A stretch of 64,000 nt of DNA from Candidatus Poseidoniaceae archaeon (GCA_943788655.1 CALSRB010000005.1:258502-322501); one strand, 5' to 3'. Counted from the first letter of the stretch, positions 9,966-20,702 are shown. Notes: generated from the letters alone by a model not told the origin. Translations and numbers: made by a program.

Positions 9966-12486
9966 CTGGCGCTGGTACTGGCAGCGGAGGGAGGTTTTCG
10001 AGCGGAATCATGCCAGTTTGCGGTTGGGCTTGACTCATCTCTTCGAGAGAACGAGATTGTTTTTCCTCGAAGAGAGCCTCTTCTAAATCGTGTTCATTGC
10101 GGCCCGATTTGACGACCAGTGCTGCGCTCGCACCTAAGATGAAGCCGAGACCGATGACGAGGTAGGTCAACCATGAGGCTTCAGGATTCTCACCGAGAAT
10201 GGCAACGGCTGCAGCGAATTCGCCATACTCATCCGACCATCCATCGTTGTTTGAATCAACGCACCCTTGCACATCGCGCTTGGAAGTACCAGCCTGCTCA
10301 GGACAGTCATCCCGGAAGGCGCCAAGTGGCACATCACCAAATCCATCACCATCGAGGTCTCGCCATTGCAAGGCTTCTGTTGGGAAGGCATCTGCGGCTC
10401 CTTGTGGGTGAGCTTCCCACGATGCTGTGGGATCCGACCAACCGTCTCCATCAGTGTCACGGCAGCCAAGGCGGTCAAGCATGGAAGTGCCGCGCACTTC
10501 CGGACATGCATCGCCCTGGTTCCCTTCTTCCCGATCGCCGTAACCATCACCATCAGAATCTCGCCATTGGGTCGGCTCATGGATGAATGCATCGCCAAGG
10601 TCCGACCAGCCATCGCCGTCAGTGTCAGCACAGCCCCATCGGTCGCCGCCTGAGGAAGGGCCGACTGAGGTGCCTGCTTGGTCAGGGCATACGTCAGCGG
10701 TTGTCCCTCGTGGGTTGTCCCCGCGTCCATCGCCATCGATGTCATGCCATTGAGTTGGATCCATCGGCCATGCGTCACCACGGCCACCCGGGCTTGCAAG
10801 CCAAGCATTTGTCGGGTCTGACCAGCCGTCTTGGTCGCTGTCTGGGCAGCCCCATCGGTCGAAGGTGGAAGCACCCTCGGTGGTCTTGCAACCATCGCCA
10901 CGGTAGGCATTTCGAAGGGTCTGACCATCGAAGTATTCGATGTTGTCACCGTAGCCGTCATCATCGGTGTCATGCCATTGACTTCGGTCTTCGGGGAAAG
11001 CATCGGCAAAACCGGCTGGGTGAGCAATCCAGTCGTTCGTTGGATTCGAAAATCCATCTTTGTCTGTATCTCGGCAACCCAAACGGTCGGCGTAAGAGAT
11101 CCATCCGGATTCTACTTCTTCTGGAGAAGAGAACACGCATACATCGCCCTCATAACCTTCTAAGTTGTCACCGTAACCATCACCATCTGTGTCACGATAT
11201 TGCGTGGGGATGAAGGGAAAATCATCGACTTGAGAGGCACCGTAGGTTTGGTTGTCGCCCCAACCATCCTCGTCGGTGTCAAGCCATTGAGTGGGATTAT
11301 CTGGGAAGTCGTCAACGAGGTTTGCCCCTTCGCTCTGGTTGTCACCCCAGCCATCAAAATCACGATCGCGCCACTGTGTTTCTTCGAACGGGAACGCGTC
11401 CGAACCATTGACGACCGTCCAGTTGACATCACCATCAGAATAGGTGTCGCCGTCCGAATCCGTGCAGCCATAACGGTCGCCGGATGAACTTCCGGTGATG
11501 AAAGGGCACGCATCCGGTGTTGTGGCATTGAAGAGATAGGAGCCTATGCCCCAACTGAGTCGAGAGGTGTTCCAGGCTTGATCAGCCCAGTTGTCGCCAT
11601 AACCATCAGAATCTGTGTCATTCCATTGGGTTGCATCGAGAGGGAAGGCATCACCTGTACCAACGGGGTGGGCGAACCAAGCGGTCACGCCATCAAGACC
11701 ACCTGGGTCCTCATCCGAGTAGCCGTCGCCGTCGGAATCAAGGCATCCAAAACGGTCCAATGAAGAGTAGCCACGTCGATAGGGGCAATGATCGCCCTGG
11801 TAGCCGTCAAGGTTGTCACCGTAATTGTCGTTGTCGCTGTCGAGCCATTGTGTTGGTTCAAGGAAAAAGGCATCAGCGCCGTTTTGTGGCAACCATCCCG
11901 CTTCGGGATCAGACCAGCCATCGCCGTCGGTGTCAGGGCATCCTTTCCGATCATTGGAAGAGGAACCGACCACATCGTCGCAATCATCGTCGATGTCAAC
12001 AAAGCCATCTTCATCGCTGTCTCGGTTGGTCTTGTCAATCGAAGGCGTGATTGTGTAATCGAACCCATCGTTGCACCATGAGTCGTCCGCTTTGACCTTG
12101 AAGTAAACGAAACTTTGTGCCCCAACGGTGGTTGAGAGGGTTTTCGAAGCAGCATTGTCGTCGACATAGGAGTCCACAATGGTCCCGCCTTGGGCGTTTA
12201 GCAGGGAAACCCGTCCTTGCCACCCATCACCAGGGCACCACCACGCAGGACCGTTCATGGTTCCCGAAAAAGAAATCTGAACAATGTCGCCTTTCTTTGC
12301 TTCAATCTTCCAATAATCGGACTGATCATTTCCCGCATCGCAGTCGGGGTCGCAGACATAACCGCTGGAAGTAACACCGTCTGTCAGGGGCGTAGCGCTC
12401 TGAATATTGTTATCGGCAACAGCAGGTGGAATTGTACAAAGCAGCAAGGCCGCGAGCCATAGGGCCAGCACACGCCTCGCGAGCAT
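9937..12486 (-). CDS. giant surface protein (~850 aa) made almost entirely of ~17 thrombospondin-type-3-like Ca-binding repeats, C-terminal TM anchor
   Basis: Track ORF 9937..12678; start refined to ATG 12486 (MLARRVLALWLAALLLCTIPPAVA signal). Alternating repeat flavours are seen (DTDGDGWSDPEAG / DSDNDNYGDNLDG / DSDGDGYSDEDPG / DTDEDGWGDNQTY ...), each flanked by a Cys pair. C-terminal TM LTYLVIGLGFILGASAALVV followed by an acidic tail. Confidence 0.8.
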   Translation of the reverse strand: MLARRVLALWLAALLLCTIPPAVADNNIQSATPLTDGVTSSGYVCDPDCDAGNDQSDYWKIEAKKGDIVQISFSGTMNGPAWWCPGDGWQGRVSLLNAQGGTIVDSYVDDNAASKTLSTTVGAQSFVYFKVKADDSWCNDGFDYTITPSIDKTNRDSDEDGFVDIDDDCDDVVGSSSNDRKGCPDTDGDGWSDPEAGWLPQNGADAFFLEPTQWLDSDNDNYGDNLDGYQGDHCPYRRGYSSLDRFGCLDSDGDGYSDEDPGGLDGVTAWFAHPVGTGDAFPLDATQWNDTDSDGYGDNWADQAWNTSRLSWGIGSYLFNATTPDACPFITGSSSGDRYGCTDSDGDTYSDGDVNWTVVNGSDAFPFEETQWRDRDFDGWGDNQSEGANLVDDFPDNPTQWLDTDEDGWGDNQTYGASQVDDFPFIPTQYRDTDGDGYGDNLEGYEGDVCVFSSPEEVESGWISYADRLGCRDTDKDGFSNPTNDWIAHPAGFADAFPEDRSQWHDTDDDGYGDNIEYFDGQTLRNAYRGDGCKTTEGASTFDRWGCPDSDQDGWSDPTNAWLASPGGRGDAWPMDPTQWHDIDGDGRGDNPRGTTADVCPDQAGTSVGPSSGGDRWGCADTDGDGWSDLGDAFIHEPTQWRDSDGDGYGDREEGNQGDACPEVRGTSMLDRLGCRDTDGDGWSDPTASWEAHPQGAADAFPTEALQWRDLDGDGFGDVPLGAFRDDCPEQAGTSKRDVQGCVDSNNDGWSDEYGEFAAAVAILGENPEASWLTYLVIGLGFILGASAALVVKSGRNEHDLEEALFEEKQSRSLEEMSQAQPQTGMIPLENLPPLPVPAPDVTEGEINA

Positions 12487-12711
12487 GGTTGCCCAAGAGG
12501 TGGTGTGCCTATGAACACTACCCGTCGCCATTGACAGGTGGTGGTTGCCAAAGTACCGTTTAGGATTGTGGCCGAGCAGCCAAATTAAGTTCTTCAGATG
12601 AGCAAAACGGCATGGTTGTTGAGGATTCAGATTTGGAATGCTGAATGCTGTGTATTGGAGCAAGATTACCTTGAACAAACTTGACCGATGGGTTTCATCA
12701 ATCCATCCGCC

Positions 12712-13995
12712 TCAGAGTGCGTTTGGTGCTTGATTGCCTAACAACGAAGCGTAAATTCGCTCAAAATCTTCCGCATTGTGTTCGTATGTATATTGAGACA
12801 ATACCCGCTCCCTACCAGCTTTCGCCTTGTTGATTCGCTGCTCAGGAGCATCGAGCATTCGACAGACAGACTTCGCCAAATCGATTGGGTCTCCTGAGTT
12901 GAAGAGATCACCAACCGAATGATCGATCATTTCGGTCAAAGGAGGTTGATTTACGGTTACAACTGGTGTGCCACTGGCCAATGATTCGAGTGGAATCAGA
13001 CCCTGCCCCTCATAGTAGGAGGGGTAGACAACGAGATCTGCAGAACGGAAGTGCTGTGCTAAATCCTCAAACGACATACTGCTGCGAATAAATACCGCAT
13101 GTTCGACGCCCAATTTTCGAGCATTTTTTAGCAGTCTTTTCTTCATGTGTCCCCTGCCAACGATGACCAATCTGGCACCTGGATGCTCTTGTAAAATAGC
13201 AGGGAGGGCTCGAATGAGAGTCATGTAGCCCTTTCTGGCGACGAGTCTTCCAACTGCTAACATCATGGGAGTTTTTGTCTCAGCCATGTAACTCAAGGCA
13301 GCTTCGTCTCCACAATCATAAGATGAACGTATTTTTTCATGATTTAATTGCTCTTCCTCATCGTCTTGATTCGGAGGTCGAAACACCTTATGGTCGCATC
13401 CCCATAGCACAACTTCACAATTAAAATTGTCAGATGGCTTGTACCAATTTTCGAATTCTGATAGGGTCGATTTAGAATTCGAAACACATATACTTGATTC
13501 GAGGATTCCTGCTCGTTCATATTTTGAATAATACGTACCAGTCAACCTTATTGCAAGGTCGTTTGGATTTCTCCAAGTAGCGGACTCCTTAGCCTTCGCC
13601 GCCCGAATCACTCCTTGCTTCTCGCCCAACCAAGAACCGTGCAAAGAGGAGCAAACTGGAGCGATGTTCTCTTCCATAAATCTAAACTCTTTCCTAGAAA
13701 AAGACGCTAATGGTAAATGGATGTGGATCACATCGATCGCTTCTAATCTGTTGAGATGCTTCAGGGCCTTTAACGAGTTTTTAGCATAGGAACGAGTAAA
13801 CGCCATCGGGGCCTTCAACCAAGGCACTTCGATAATGGTCACACCTTGTTGGGCTGGAGCCTTTCCTTTGTGTGCTCGTGTGATGATGGTGATGCTGTGC
13901 CCACGTGCCGCCAAATGGCCTGCAAGATGGAACACCACCGAGCCAATCCCCCCCCATCGGGGAGGGTATTCACCCGACACCATGACGATGTGCAT
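12712..13995 (-). CDS. glycosyltransferase family 4 (GT-B, group 1)
   Basis: Track ORF 12712..14301; start refined to ATG 13995 (MHIVMVSGEYPPRWGGIGSVV, the typical GT4 N-terminus). C-terminal half has a GT4 EX7E-like region (PSYYEGQGLIPLESLASGTPVV). Divergent from the GT2 gene at 14102. Confidence 0.75.
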   Translation of the reverse strand: MHIVMVSGEYPPRWGGIGSVVFHLAGHLAARGHSITIITRAHKGKAPAQQGVTIIEVPWLKAPMAFTRSYAKNSLKALKHLNRLEAIDVIHIHLPLASFSRKEFRFMEENIAPVCSSLHGSWLGEKQGVIRAAKAKESATWRNPNDLAIRLTGTYYSKYERAGILESSICVSNSKSTLSEFENWYKPSDNFNCEVVLWGCDHKVFRPPNQDDEEEQLNHEKIRSSYDCGDEAALSYMAETKTPMMLAVGRLVARKGYMTLIRALPAILQEHPGARLVIVGRGHMKKRLLKNARKLGVEHAVFIRSSMSFEDLAQHFRSADLVVYPSYYEGQGLIPLESLASGTPVVTVNQPPLTEMIDHSVGDLFNSGDPIDLAKSVCRMLDAPEQRINKAKAGRERVLSQYTYEHNAEDFERIYASLLGNQAPNAL

Positions 13996-14101
13996 GACGG
14001 TCCGAGTGCGCACTTGGGTTTCAATGTCACCGAAATGAATCACCACCTCCTTCAACTTCTCGTTCCAATGCTTTGAAGGGGGTTGTGTTTGTCGGAGAAT
14101 C

Positions 14102-14875
14102 ATGGGCGAAAAACTCCCAGTTACCGTGACGGTGATTCTTCCAACTCGAAACGAAGAGGAAGCATTAGGTCCGACCATTGACGCAATCCCTCGAGGATGG
14201 TGTAAAAACCTCGAAATTATGATTGTTGATGGAAATTCCAGCGACCGAACACGTGAAATCGCCCTCGAAAAGAAAATTCGAGTCCACCTCGAAGACCGCA
14301 AAGGATACGGTCGAGCCTACAGAACTGGGTTTGACGTGGCTAAAAACGACATCATCGTGACAATGGATGCAGACTGCACCTACCCTGCTGAACTCGTGCC
14401 AACCCTCGTGAAGCGCTTGCTGGATGACGACCTTGATTTCATCACATGCGATCGACTCTCGCTTGCTGAAGAGGGTTCCATGCCCGGCATCCATGGATTT
14501 GGTAACTGGGCGCTTTCCTTCACTGCTCGACTCTTGTTTGGTTACGGAATCAAAGATTCCCAATCCGGCATGTGGGTGTTCAGGAAATCCATCTTTGACA
14601 ACGAAGCAATGCGTCCAACCAACGACGGTATGCCCCTTTCTGAAGAGATGAAAATTCTCGCTCGTCGTGTCCTTGGAAAGAACAAGGCCGTAGAAATCTC
14701 CGTCCCATACCGTCCACGTGTTGGTGAAGCAGAAATCCACACATGGGGCGATGGATGGAAGAACTTCAAATTCCTCTTCGCTCGCCGAGTGGGTCTTCAC
14801 CGAACTCGAACACCGTGGGGCGCACGCCCCTCAAACCCTGATTCGACCAATGGCGACATTCCTGAACAAGCTTGA
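14102..14875 (+). CDS. glycosyltransferase family 2, dolichyl-phosphate mannosyl/glucosyltransferase (DPM1/Agl)-like
   Basis: N-terminal VILPTRNEEEAL ... IMIVDGNSSDRT ... MDADCTYP are the GT2/GT-A DxD-type motifs typical of Dpm1-like enzymes. Confidence 0.75.
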   Translation: MGEKLPVTVTVILPTRNEEEALGPTIDAIPRGWCKNLEIMIVDGNSSDRTREIALEKKIRVHLEDRKGYGRAYRTGFDVAKNDIIVTMDADCTYPAELVPTLVKRLLDDDLDFITCDRLSLAEEGSMPGIHGFGNWALSFTARLLFGYGIKDSQSGMWVFRKSIFDNEAMRPTNDGMPLSEEMKILARRVLGKNKAVEISVPYRPRVGEAEIHTWGDGWKNFKFLFARRVGLHRTRTPWGARPSNPDSTNGDIPEQA

Positions 14876-14886
14876 GTTGATGCTCT

Positions 14887-15522
14887 GTGGAATTCTGGCA
14901 CCAAAAATGGTCAACCAATCAAATTGGGTTCCACCGGCCCGTGGTGAACGATCTGCTAGCCAAGCACTGGTCGAGCATTGAAGCAAATCAAGGCGCCAAT
15001 GTGCTCGTACCATTGTGTGGAAAAACCATGGACATGCACTGGTTAAGCGACAAGGGCCACACAATCACAGGGATTGAATTGGTCGAACAGGCCGTTCATC
15101 AGTTCTTTGATGAGGGCAAAACAACGCCTGCGATTCAGCAAGAAGGTGCTCACAAAAGGTACACTGCCGGTGACTTGACCATCTTGCAAGGTGATTTGTT
15201 CACCCTGCCAGCCGAGGCTGCTTCATGCGAGGCATGGTACGACCGGGCGGCAATGGTGGCCCTCCCCTCGACCATGCGGCAAGCCTATGTGAATCAAATT
15301 CATTCGTTGTGCACACCTGGTTCTGTAGGATTGATGATTACCTTTGCCTATCCGCAAGAGCAGATGCAGGGCCCTCCGTTTTCATTGCCTGATCAAGAAG
15401 TGAGCGCTTTATTTGCAGACAGGTTTCAAGTCACCCTCCTCGAAACTGTTCAACTGGAAGATGAAAAGCAACGGGGCCTGTCTGAACTCACGTCATCGGT
15501 GTTCAAACTGGTACGAATTTGA
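14887..15522 (+). CDS. thiopurine S-methyltransferase (TPMT/Tpm) family methyltransferase
   Basis: MEFWHQKWSTNQIGFHRPVVNDLLAKHW...VLVPLCGKTMDMHWLSDKGHTITGIELVEQAV matches the conserved TPMT N-terminal region and SAM-binding fold. Confidence 0.75.
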   Translation: MEFWHQKWSTNQIGFHRPVVNDLLAKHWSSIEANQGANVLVPLCGKTMDMHWLSDKGHTITGIELVEQAVHQFFDEGKTTPAIQQEGAHKRYTAGDLTILQGDLFTLPAEAASCEAWYDRAAMVALPSTMRQAYVNQIHSLCTPGSVGLMITFAYPQEQMQGPPFSLPDQEVSALFADRFQVTLLETVQLEDEKQRGLSELTSSVFKLVRI

Positions 15523-15523
15523 A

Positions 15524-18500
15524 TCAAACGTTGTCCCAATCGAGGTCAGCGCCGGTCAATGGCTTTGCTTCTTTAGGTTCGCCGTCGTCCTCTGCTTCAA
15601 CCTCGGTCGCACCATCCATGGCCCCACCTTCTAAGGAAGATGGCGCTGCTTTGGCAATTGGTTCAACTCGCTTCACAGAACTAAATGCATCCCAAGATTC
15701 GATCATGTCCAATTCAGCAAGTCGGGATCGTCGGCGCGTGGCCATCATCGCCACGAGAACAAGCAGCCCAACAAAGCCACCAATTGCGCCAACAAGCATC
15801 ATTGTTCGGTTGTCGGTTGGAGGCTCGGTGATGTCGAGGGTGACGCTGATGACATCGACGTTGGCATCTTCACCCTCGCCGTCGGTTGCGATGACTTTCA
15901 TGTTTGGTCGCCCCGCACCGTCTGGACGCAGTTCGAGCGCACCTTCCCAAACACCGTCACCGTTTGTGTCTGAAAGGTTGAAGGCCCATTCTTGTTGATT
16001 GTATTTGACCGTCACACGAACATCTTCTGTCGTTCCATCTGCGTCGTCCATAGTCACGGTGACTGACAAGGTGTTGACTTGCCCTGCCACCAAGGGAACT
16101 GGAGAATAAACGAGGTTCGATAGGCGCGGCAAACTCGATTGAACTGTGATGTTGGCAAAGACTTCGTCTTCTCCACCACGGCTGTCTCGAATGTAGAGCG
16201 AAATCATATGCTCACCTGGCGACAAACGGACTTCGTCCATGCTCCGTGTCGAGAGGATGCTGTACGTCCCATTAAGGGCCCAATGGCGCCATTCTCGAGC
16301 CACCATATCATCGTCCGCATCACTTGATTCCTCGCTGAGAATGATGACGCCCCCCGCCTCAATTGAATCACGATTTGCAGGCGCCACCATCGTAGCAATC
16401 GGGTCCGATTGGCCAATCGTGAGCGTCAAGAACGTACTCGAGGCCAAGCCTGTTTCGTCTTGAAGCGTAACTTCGATTGAATGCGTTCCTGCTGGAAGAT
16501 TGCTGATGTGAGTTTGGCTTGGGTCGACTGCGTCCAACAGGGGTTCACTCAACAAGTCACTGCGAACCGTCAATGTGAAATTGTCCCCATCATAATCGAG
16601 GGAAGGAACAGCGTTCCAAAAAATCGGTTCTGAGGAGCGGAGGATCTCGCCATCCACGGGCGTAACCAATTCGAGAACCGGGGCAGAGGTCGACACTTCG
16701 ATGGTCTTCGACACGAGCACTGGCTCGTGGATTCCATCATCCAAACTGAGCGTGACCGTGTGTGTTCCTGCCGAGAGTCGGCCGTCAAAAATGAGGTAAT
16801 CCTCGCCCTCTGGGGTAAGGCGACCGTCCAAATCACTTGACCATACGACGACCAAAAATTCTGAGCCTGCAAACGGTTGAGCATCAGCACAGTGCCATGT
16901 ACCGTTCACCGGAAATGTGAAGCAAGCAGCATCATAATCGCCTGAGCCATTAGCTGAGAACCAGATTGTTTCTGAGGATGTGTAGACTTGTGTTTCGAGG
17001 GGTGACTCAATGATGGCCCGAGGGAGCGAATTGTCAACGGTCACCAACGTGCTGTTGATCCTTGTTGAATTGATGTGTTCTGGCCGATCATCAACCACCC
17101 GCATTTCGATGGTGTGAACGCCCCTTGACAAATGGCCAGTCCAGGTGGTTGCATTCGCACCGTTGGACCAAGCGAGTTGTCCATCCAAACTCGACCACCA
17201 TTCAACTTCGAGGGTATCTCCTTCGGGATCGATGGTCGTCGTTCCATCGAAGGTGACCAGGCTTTCACTGTAGTTTTCTGCTCGTTGAACTTCGAACATG
17301 GGTTCTGGAACCTCGTTGAACAATTCAACAGGGATTCGGTACTCGGTTGGTGGGTTGATGTTGTCAAAGGCATAAATCACAACATCGAACGTCGAAGGAA
17401 CGCTTTCATCCATCGTGAGATTCATCCACAACTCGTCGGGGCACGAAGTGGCTTCTTCTTCATCAAAAATGTAAGAGCGTCCCAACCAACATACCAGCGG
17501 GTCGTTCTCAAGATCATAAGTGCCTGAAAGGTTGAAGAGGACATGTTGGGTTCGAGGGATGATCAATTCAGACCAAGGCGAGAGGGCAGGTTCAACATCG
17601 AGCACAATGATGGGTGCTTGGTTGATGAGTTCTATGATTCTCTGCTCATCAACGCAATGCGCAGCATCATCGCAAACGCTCAGCGTGATCGTGTGAATGC
17701 CATCGGACAGTTCACAGGACCAAGTGTCGTTGACATTGACCGTGAAAGGTACACCGTCGGCTGGGCTGTTTGCGCCGTCCCAACTCACGAGGCAGGAGTC
17801 TTCAATGCTGCCATCGAGGTCACTCGTCCATGCCCAAACAAGAGCGTCGTTGTCCAAATCCCAAGAGTGAGAAGCATTGAACAAAACAGCGCCTTGTGAA
17901 GGGTAGACCATGCTGTCTAACGGGGTGTCCCAAATGACGAATGGGGGTTGGTTCTCCAGTGGGAGAACACAATTGATGAAACGGTCTTGGTCGAGGACAT
18001 CGCTGGTGGAGTTCGAAATGCTGTCGTAACCACAGTCAATCTCGACCATGTTGTGGCTCGATGCCCCTGTATTGGTCCAGCGCTGACCCACGAAATTCGG
18101 CAATTCAACATAGCCAAGGTCGTTGGTTGTCGCTTGCAGTGAGGGTTCAAAGTCTGTGAAATTCGCATTGACATTGGCGTTTGGAATGCCATTGTTGACG
18201 GTGTTTACAACCCACACTGTGATGTCCCAAGCAACGTCAACATGAGCGCCAGAAGCGATGGTTGCAAGGCTCAAGTCCACGCCAGATGGCCGGTGTAGAC
18301 GCAGTGAGGAAGTGCTGTCGAGTTGCAGACCTTTTGCGCCTGTTGCATCGGTAAGGGTTGACCAATTCACCTGACTGTTTTGTAGCACAATGGACCCCGT
18401 GCAATCGGCAGTGATGGTGTTTCCATAGCCGGAGAGGTCTGTGTGATCTACCAAGGTAAGGCATGCTGTGTCACCGGAGAGGTGTGTTCTGCTAAGACTC

Positions 18501-20341
18501 GATGGGAAATTGCCATTGTTGTCTGCGTTCCATTCAATGCCACTGTGATTGCCAGTCATGCTGATGAGGTCCATGTCGGCTGCGGCATAGTTGAGGGAAA
18601 TGGCTGGAATTCCAGGTGAATCCAGGTCGATGGTTGCGCCGTGCACTTGGACCCGTCCGCCTTGTTGACCGAGCGTCAAGCCTTGATTGTCAACAATCAG
18701 AGGTGAGCGAGCGGGGTTGTTGTCTGAAAGAGAGAGCTCGTAGAGCCACAAGTCAACAGAGTTGAGAGCATAAAGACCCGATCCCGAGGAACCTGTGACG
18801 GTGCAATTTCGGCATGTCACATCACCAGAAGAAGATTCAATGTCGTTTGATTTTTCATAATACAAACCTGCCTGATCTCCAAGAGGGGCCGAGGCGGGGT
18901 CGCCACCATTGTCATTCGCGGTGAGGTTTTCGAAGGTAACGTATCGAGCGTCGTAAACGTGCGCCCCTGATTCCCCATTGGAGGAAAGATTGAGGCCTTC
19001 AACAATCACCGTTGCTTTGTCGATGAACAAGCCATCCTTGGTGTTGTTGTGAAGGTTCCAATCCGATCCCTGCATGGCACCGCCAGAAGTCGATGAAACG
19101 CCAGATCCTACTGAACCAGAGACTGTGAGACCGTCAAAGTGTGGCGCAAAGAACGAGGAACGAACCGCGACACCTGATTCGTGTGGACCTTGCCCTGGGT
19201 CCCCTGAATTGAGGACCGTTAAATTCCGGAAGGTCGTCGAACTGTCAACGAAGTACAGTCGGACACCAACAGTGGTTGAGTCCTCGACAAGGGTGTTTTC
19301 GAACCATGCTCCAGTGGCATTGACATCGATGGCAGCATAGCCGATGTTGGCTGTCGTGGCCCCAGCCCCACCTGTGCCTCGAACCGTAAGATTGGTGAAA
19401 TCCGCCGTTTCATAGTTTGTGTAATTCGTGTGGTTGAGTTTGTCAACATAGACACCCCTGTACATGGAATTGGTGACCGTGGCATCTTTGACAACCGCTC
19501 GGGTGTACCCACCGTCATCCACATGGCGAACAACGATTCCGTTGTCCGATTTGTCGATGGTGATGTTTGTCAAAAGTGGTTGACTGTCTTCGACCCAAAC
19601 GCCTGCAACCATTGCCCAAGAAGATCCGCTGATGTTGTCCATGACGACGTTGCGAACCAATCCACCTGAACCACCCCAGATGTTGATGGCTCGAGTGAGG
19701 TGATCGGTGAAATATGCTCCATCCACAATGGGTGTGCTGCCTGCCCCAATGGAGAGTCCAATTCCATAGCGCCAATCGTTCTGAAACGGAACCATGCGGC
19801 CCGCCTGATCGATGTAAAGGTCATGAATGGTCGGTGACGAACTGCTGAACAAATCCATGCCGACTCGGTCTGGATTGATGATGGTGAGGTTGGCGAAGAA
19901 AGGGTTGCTTCCGTACATGGTAACGCCATAGATTGAATCCTCAATCGTCAAGTTTTCGATGACAGACCCTCGGCCGTTTGAACTGCTGTTGAATTGGAGC
20001 CCTTCGTGATCTGAACTAGCAAATGAATACATGACAACAGGGCAGCTTGATGTGCCTTCAACCGTCAAGCGACCTTCAACATAGATTCGAGCACCAGCGC
20101 CAAGTTCGATTTGGGTGCAGGCACTGACGATGAGTTCGTCGAACACGGTAATCGTGTAACTCGTGGTGACGGTCACTGTTCCCGACCATGTGGTCTGCGC
20201 TTTTGGCGAGGCAGGCTTAGCATCGACCGGTTCAGATTCATCAAGGTCGCTTGCAGGAGAGAGAACGCCGCCATATGGCATGCTGACCAACAATCCAACC
20301 AAGACAAGAGCCAACCAATGTCGCTGCGCCTTTGTGTCCAT
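15524..20341 (-). CDS. giant surface protein (~1605 aa): right-handed parallel beta-helix repeats plus Ig/PKD-like domains, C-terminal TM anchor and acidic cytoplasmic tail
   Basis: Track ORF 15524..20365; start refined to ATG 20341 (MDTKAQRHWLALVLVGLLVSMPYGG signal). The first ~700 aa carry repetitive NxTI/NLTV beta-helix-like units (NLTIEDSIYGVTMYGSNPFFANLTIINPDRVGMDLF...). These are followed by repeated ~100-aa beta-rich modules. TM segment MMLVGAIGGFVGLLVLVAMMA, then tail ending ...ADLDWDNV. Confidence 0.75.
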   Translation of the reverse strand: MDTKAQRHWLALVLVGLLVSMPYGGVLSPASDLDESEPVDAKPASPKAQTTWSGTVTVTTSYTITVFDELIVSACTQIELGAGARIYVEGRLTVEGTSSCPVVMYSFASSDHEGLQFNSSSNGRGSVIENLTIEDSIYGVTMYGSNPFFANLTIINPDRVGMDLFSSSSPTIHDLYIDQAGRMVPFQNDWRYGIGLSIGAGSTPIVDGAYFTDHLTRAINIWGGSGGLVRNVVMDNISGSSWAMVAGVWVEDSQPLLTNITIDKSDNGIVVRHVDDGGYTRAVVKDATVTNSMYRGVYVDKLNHTNYTNYETADFTNLTVRGTGGAGATTANIGYAAIDVNATGAWFENTLVEDSTTVGVRLYFVDSSTTFRNLTVLNSGDPGQGPHESGVAVRSSFFAPHFDGLTVSGSVGSGVSSTSGGAMQGSDWNLHNNTKDGLFIDKATVIVEGLNLSSNGESGAHVYDARYVTFENLTANDNGGDPASAPLGDQAGLYYEKSNDIESSSGDVTCRNCTVTGSSGSGLYALNSVDLWLYELSLSDNNPARSPLIVDNQGLTLGQQGGRVQVHGATIDLDSPGIPAISLNYAAADMDLISMTGNHSGIEWNADNNGNFPSSLSRTHLSGDTACLTLVDHTDLSGYGNTITADCTGSIVLQNSQVNWSTLTDATGAKGLQLDSTSSLRLHRPSGVDLSLATIASGAHVDVAWDITVWVVNTVNNGIPNANVNANFTDFEPSLQATTNDLGYVELPNFVGQRWTNTGASSHNMVEIDCGYDSISNSTSDVLDQDRFINCVLPLENQPPFVIWDTPLDSMVYPSQGAVLFNASHSWDLDNDALVWAWTSDLDGSIEDSCLVSWDGANSPADGVPFTVNVNDTWSCELSDGIHTITLSVCDDAAHCVDEQRIIELINQAPIIVLDVEPALSPWSELIIPRTQHVLFNLSGTYDLENDPLVCWLGRSYIFDEEEATSCPDELWMNLTMDESVPSTFDVVIYAFDNINPPTEYRIPVELFNEVPEPMFEVQRAENYSESLVTFDGTTTIDPEGDTLEVEWWSSLDGQLAWSNGANATTWTGHLSRGVHTIEMRVVDDRPEHINSTRINSTLVTVDNSLPRAIIESPLETQVYTSSETIWFSANGSGDYDAACFTFPVNGTWHCADAQPFAGSEFLVVVWSSDLDGRLTPEGEDYLIFDGRLSAGTHTVTLSLDDGIHEPVLVSKTIEVSTSAPVLELVTPVDGEILRSSEPIFWNAVPSLDYDGDNFTLTVRSDLLSEPLLDAVDPSQTHISNLPAGTHSIEVTLQDETGLASSTFLTLTIGQSDPIATMVAPANRDSIEAGGVIILSEESSDADDDMVAREWRHWALNGTYSILSTRSMDEVRLSPGEHMISLYIRDSRGGEDEVFANITVQSSLPRLSNLVYSPVPLVAGQVNTLSVTVTMDDADGTTEDVRVTVKYNQQEWAFNLSDTNGDGVWEGALELRPDGAGRPNMKVIATDGEGEDANVDVISVTLDITEPPTDNRTMMLVGAIGGFVGLLVLVAMMATRRRSRLAELDMIESWDAFSSVKRVEPIAKAAPSSLEGGAMDGATEVEAEDDGEPKEAKPLTGADLDWDNV

Positions 20342-20458
20342 GTCCTTAGGCCGTTGCAAATGCACTTCAATGGTTCGGCTTTGTGCATGCGCTGACCGTA
20401 TTCGGGCCTCATGTCATTACTTCGCAACCAATAAGACCAGTCGGCGATTGGCCAAATC

Positions 20459-20692
20459 ATGCCTGAGGCTTTTGTGTTGTTCAAAACCCTTCCATCCCAC
20501 GAGCGTGAGGTCTACCTTGCCCTTTCAGAACACAAAGCCATTGCCGAGGTCCATGCTCTTTACGGCGAATTTGATCTTTTGGTTCGCGTCAGTTCGGAAG
20601 ACCCTGGCGAACTCACCTCAATGCTCATGAGAGAATTCCGTCAAATTGCTGGCGTAAAAGAAACACAGACGCTGATTGCTGTCGAATATTAA
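20459..20692 (+). CDS. stand-alone Lrp/AsnC-type RAM (ligand-binding) domain protein, 77 aa
   Basis: beta-alpha-beta-beta-alpha-beta RAM-like sequence lacking an N-terminal HTH: ...IAEVHALYGEFDLLVRVSSEDPGEL...IAGVKETQTLIAV. Confidence 0.6.
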   Translation: MPEAFVLFKTLPSHEREVYLALSEHKAIAEVHALYGEFDLLVRVSSEDPGELTSMLMREFRQIAGVKETQTLIAVEY

Positions 20693-20702
20693 GGTGAGAA
20701 AA

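Noticed and set aside
10167-11528. ORFs 10167..11057 (-, 296 aa), 10587..11213 (+, 208 aa) and 11160..11528 (-) inside the TSP3-repeat gene
   Set aside because: Alternative frames of the repeat array with Thr/Met/His/Arg-rich nonsense-like translations; fully nested in the 9937..12486 ORF.
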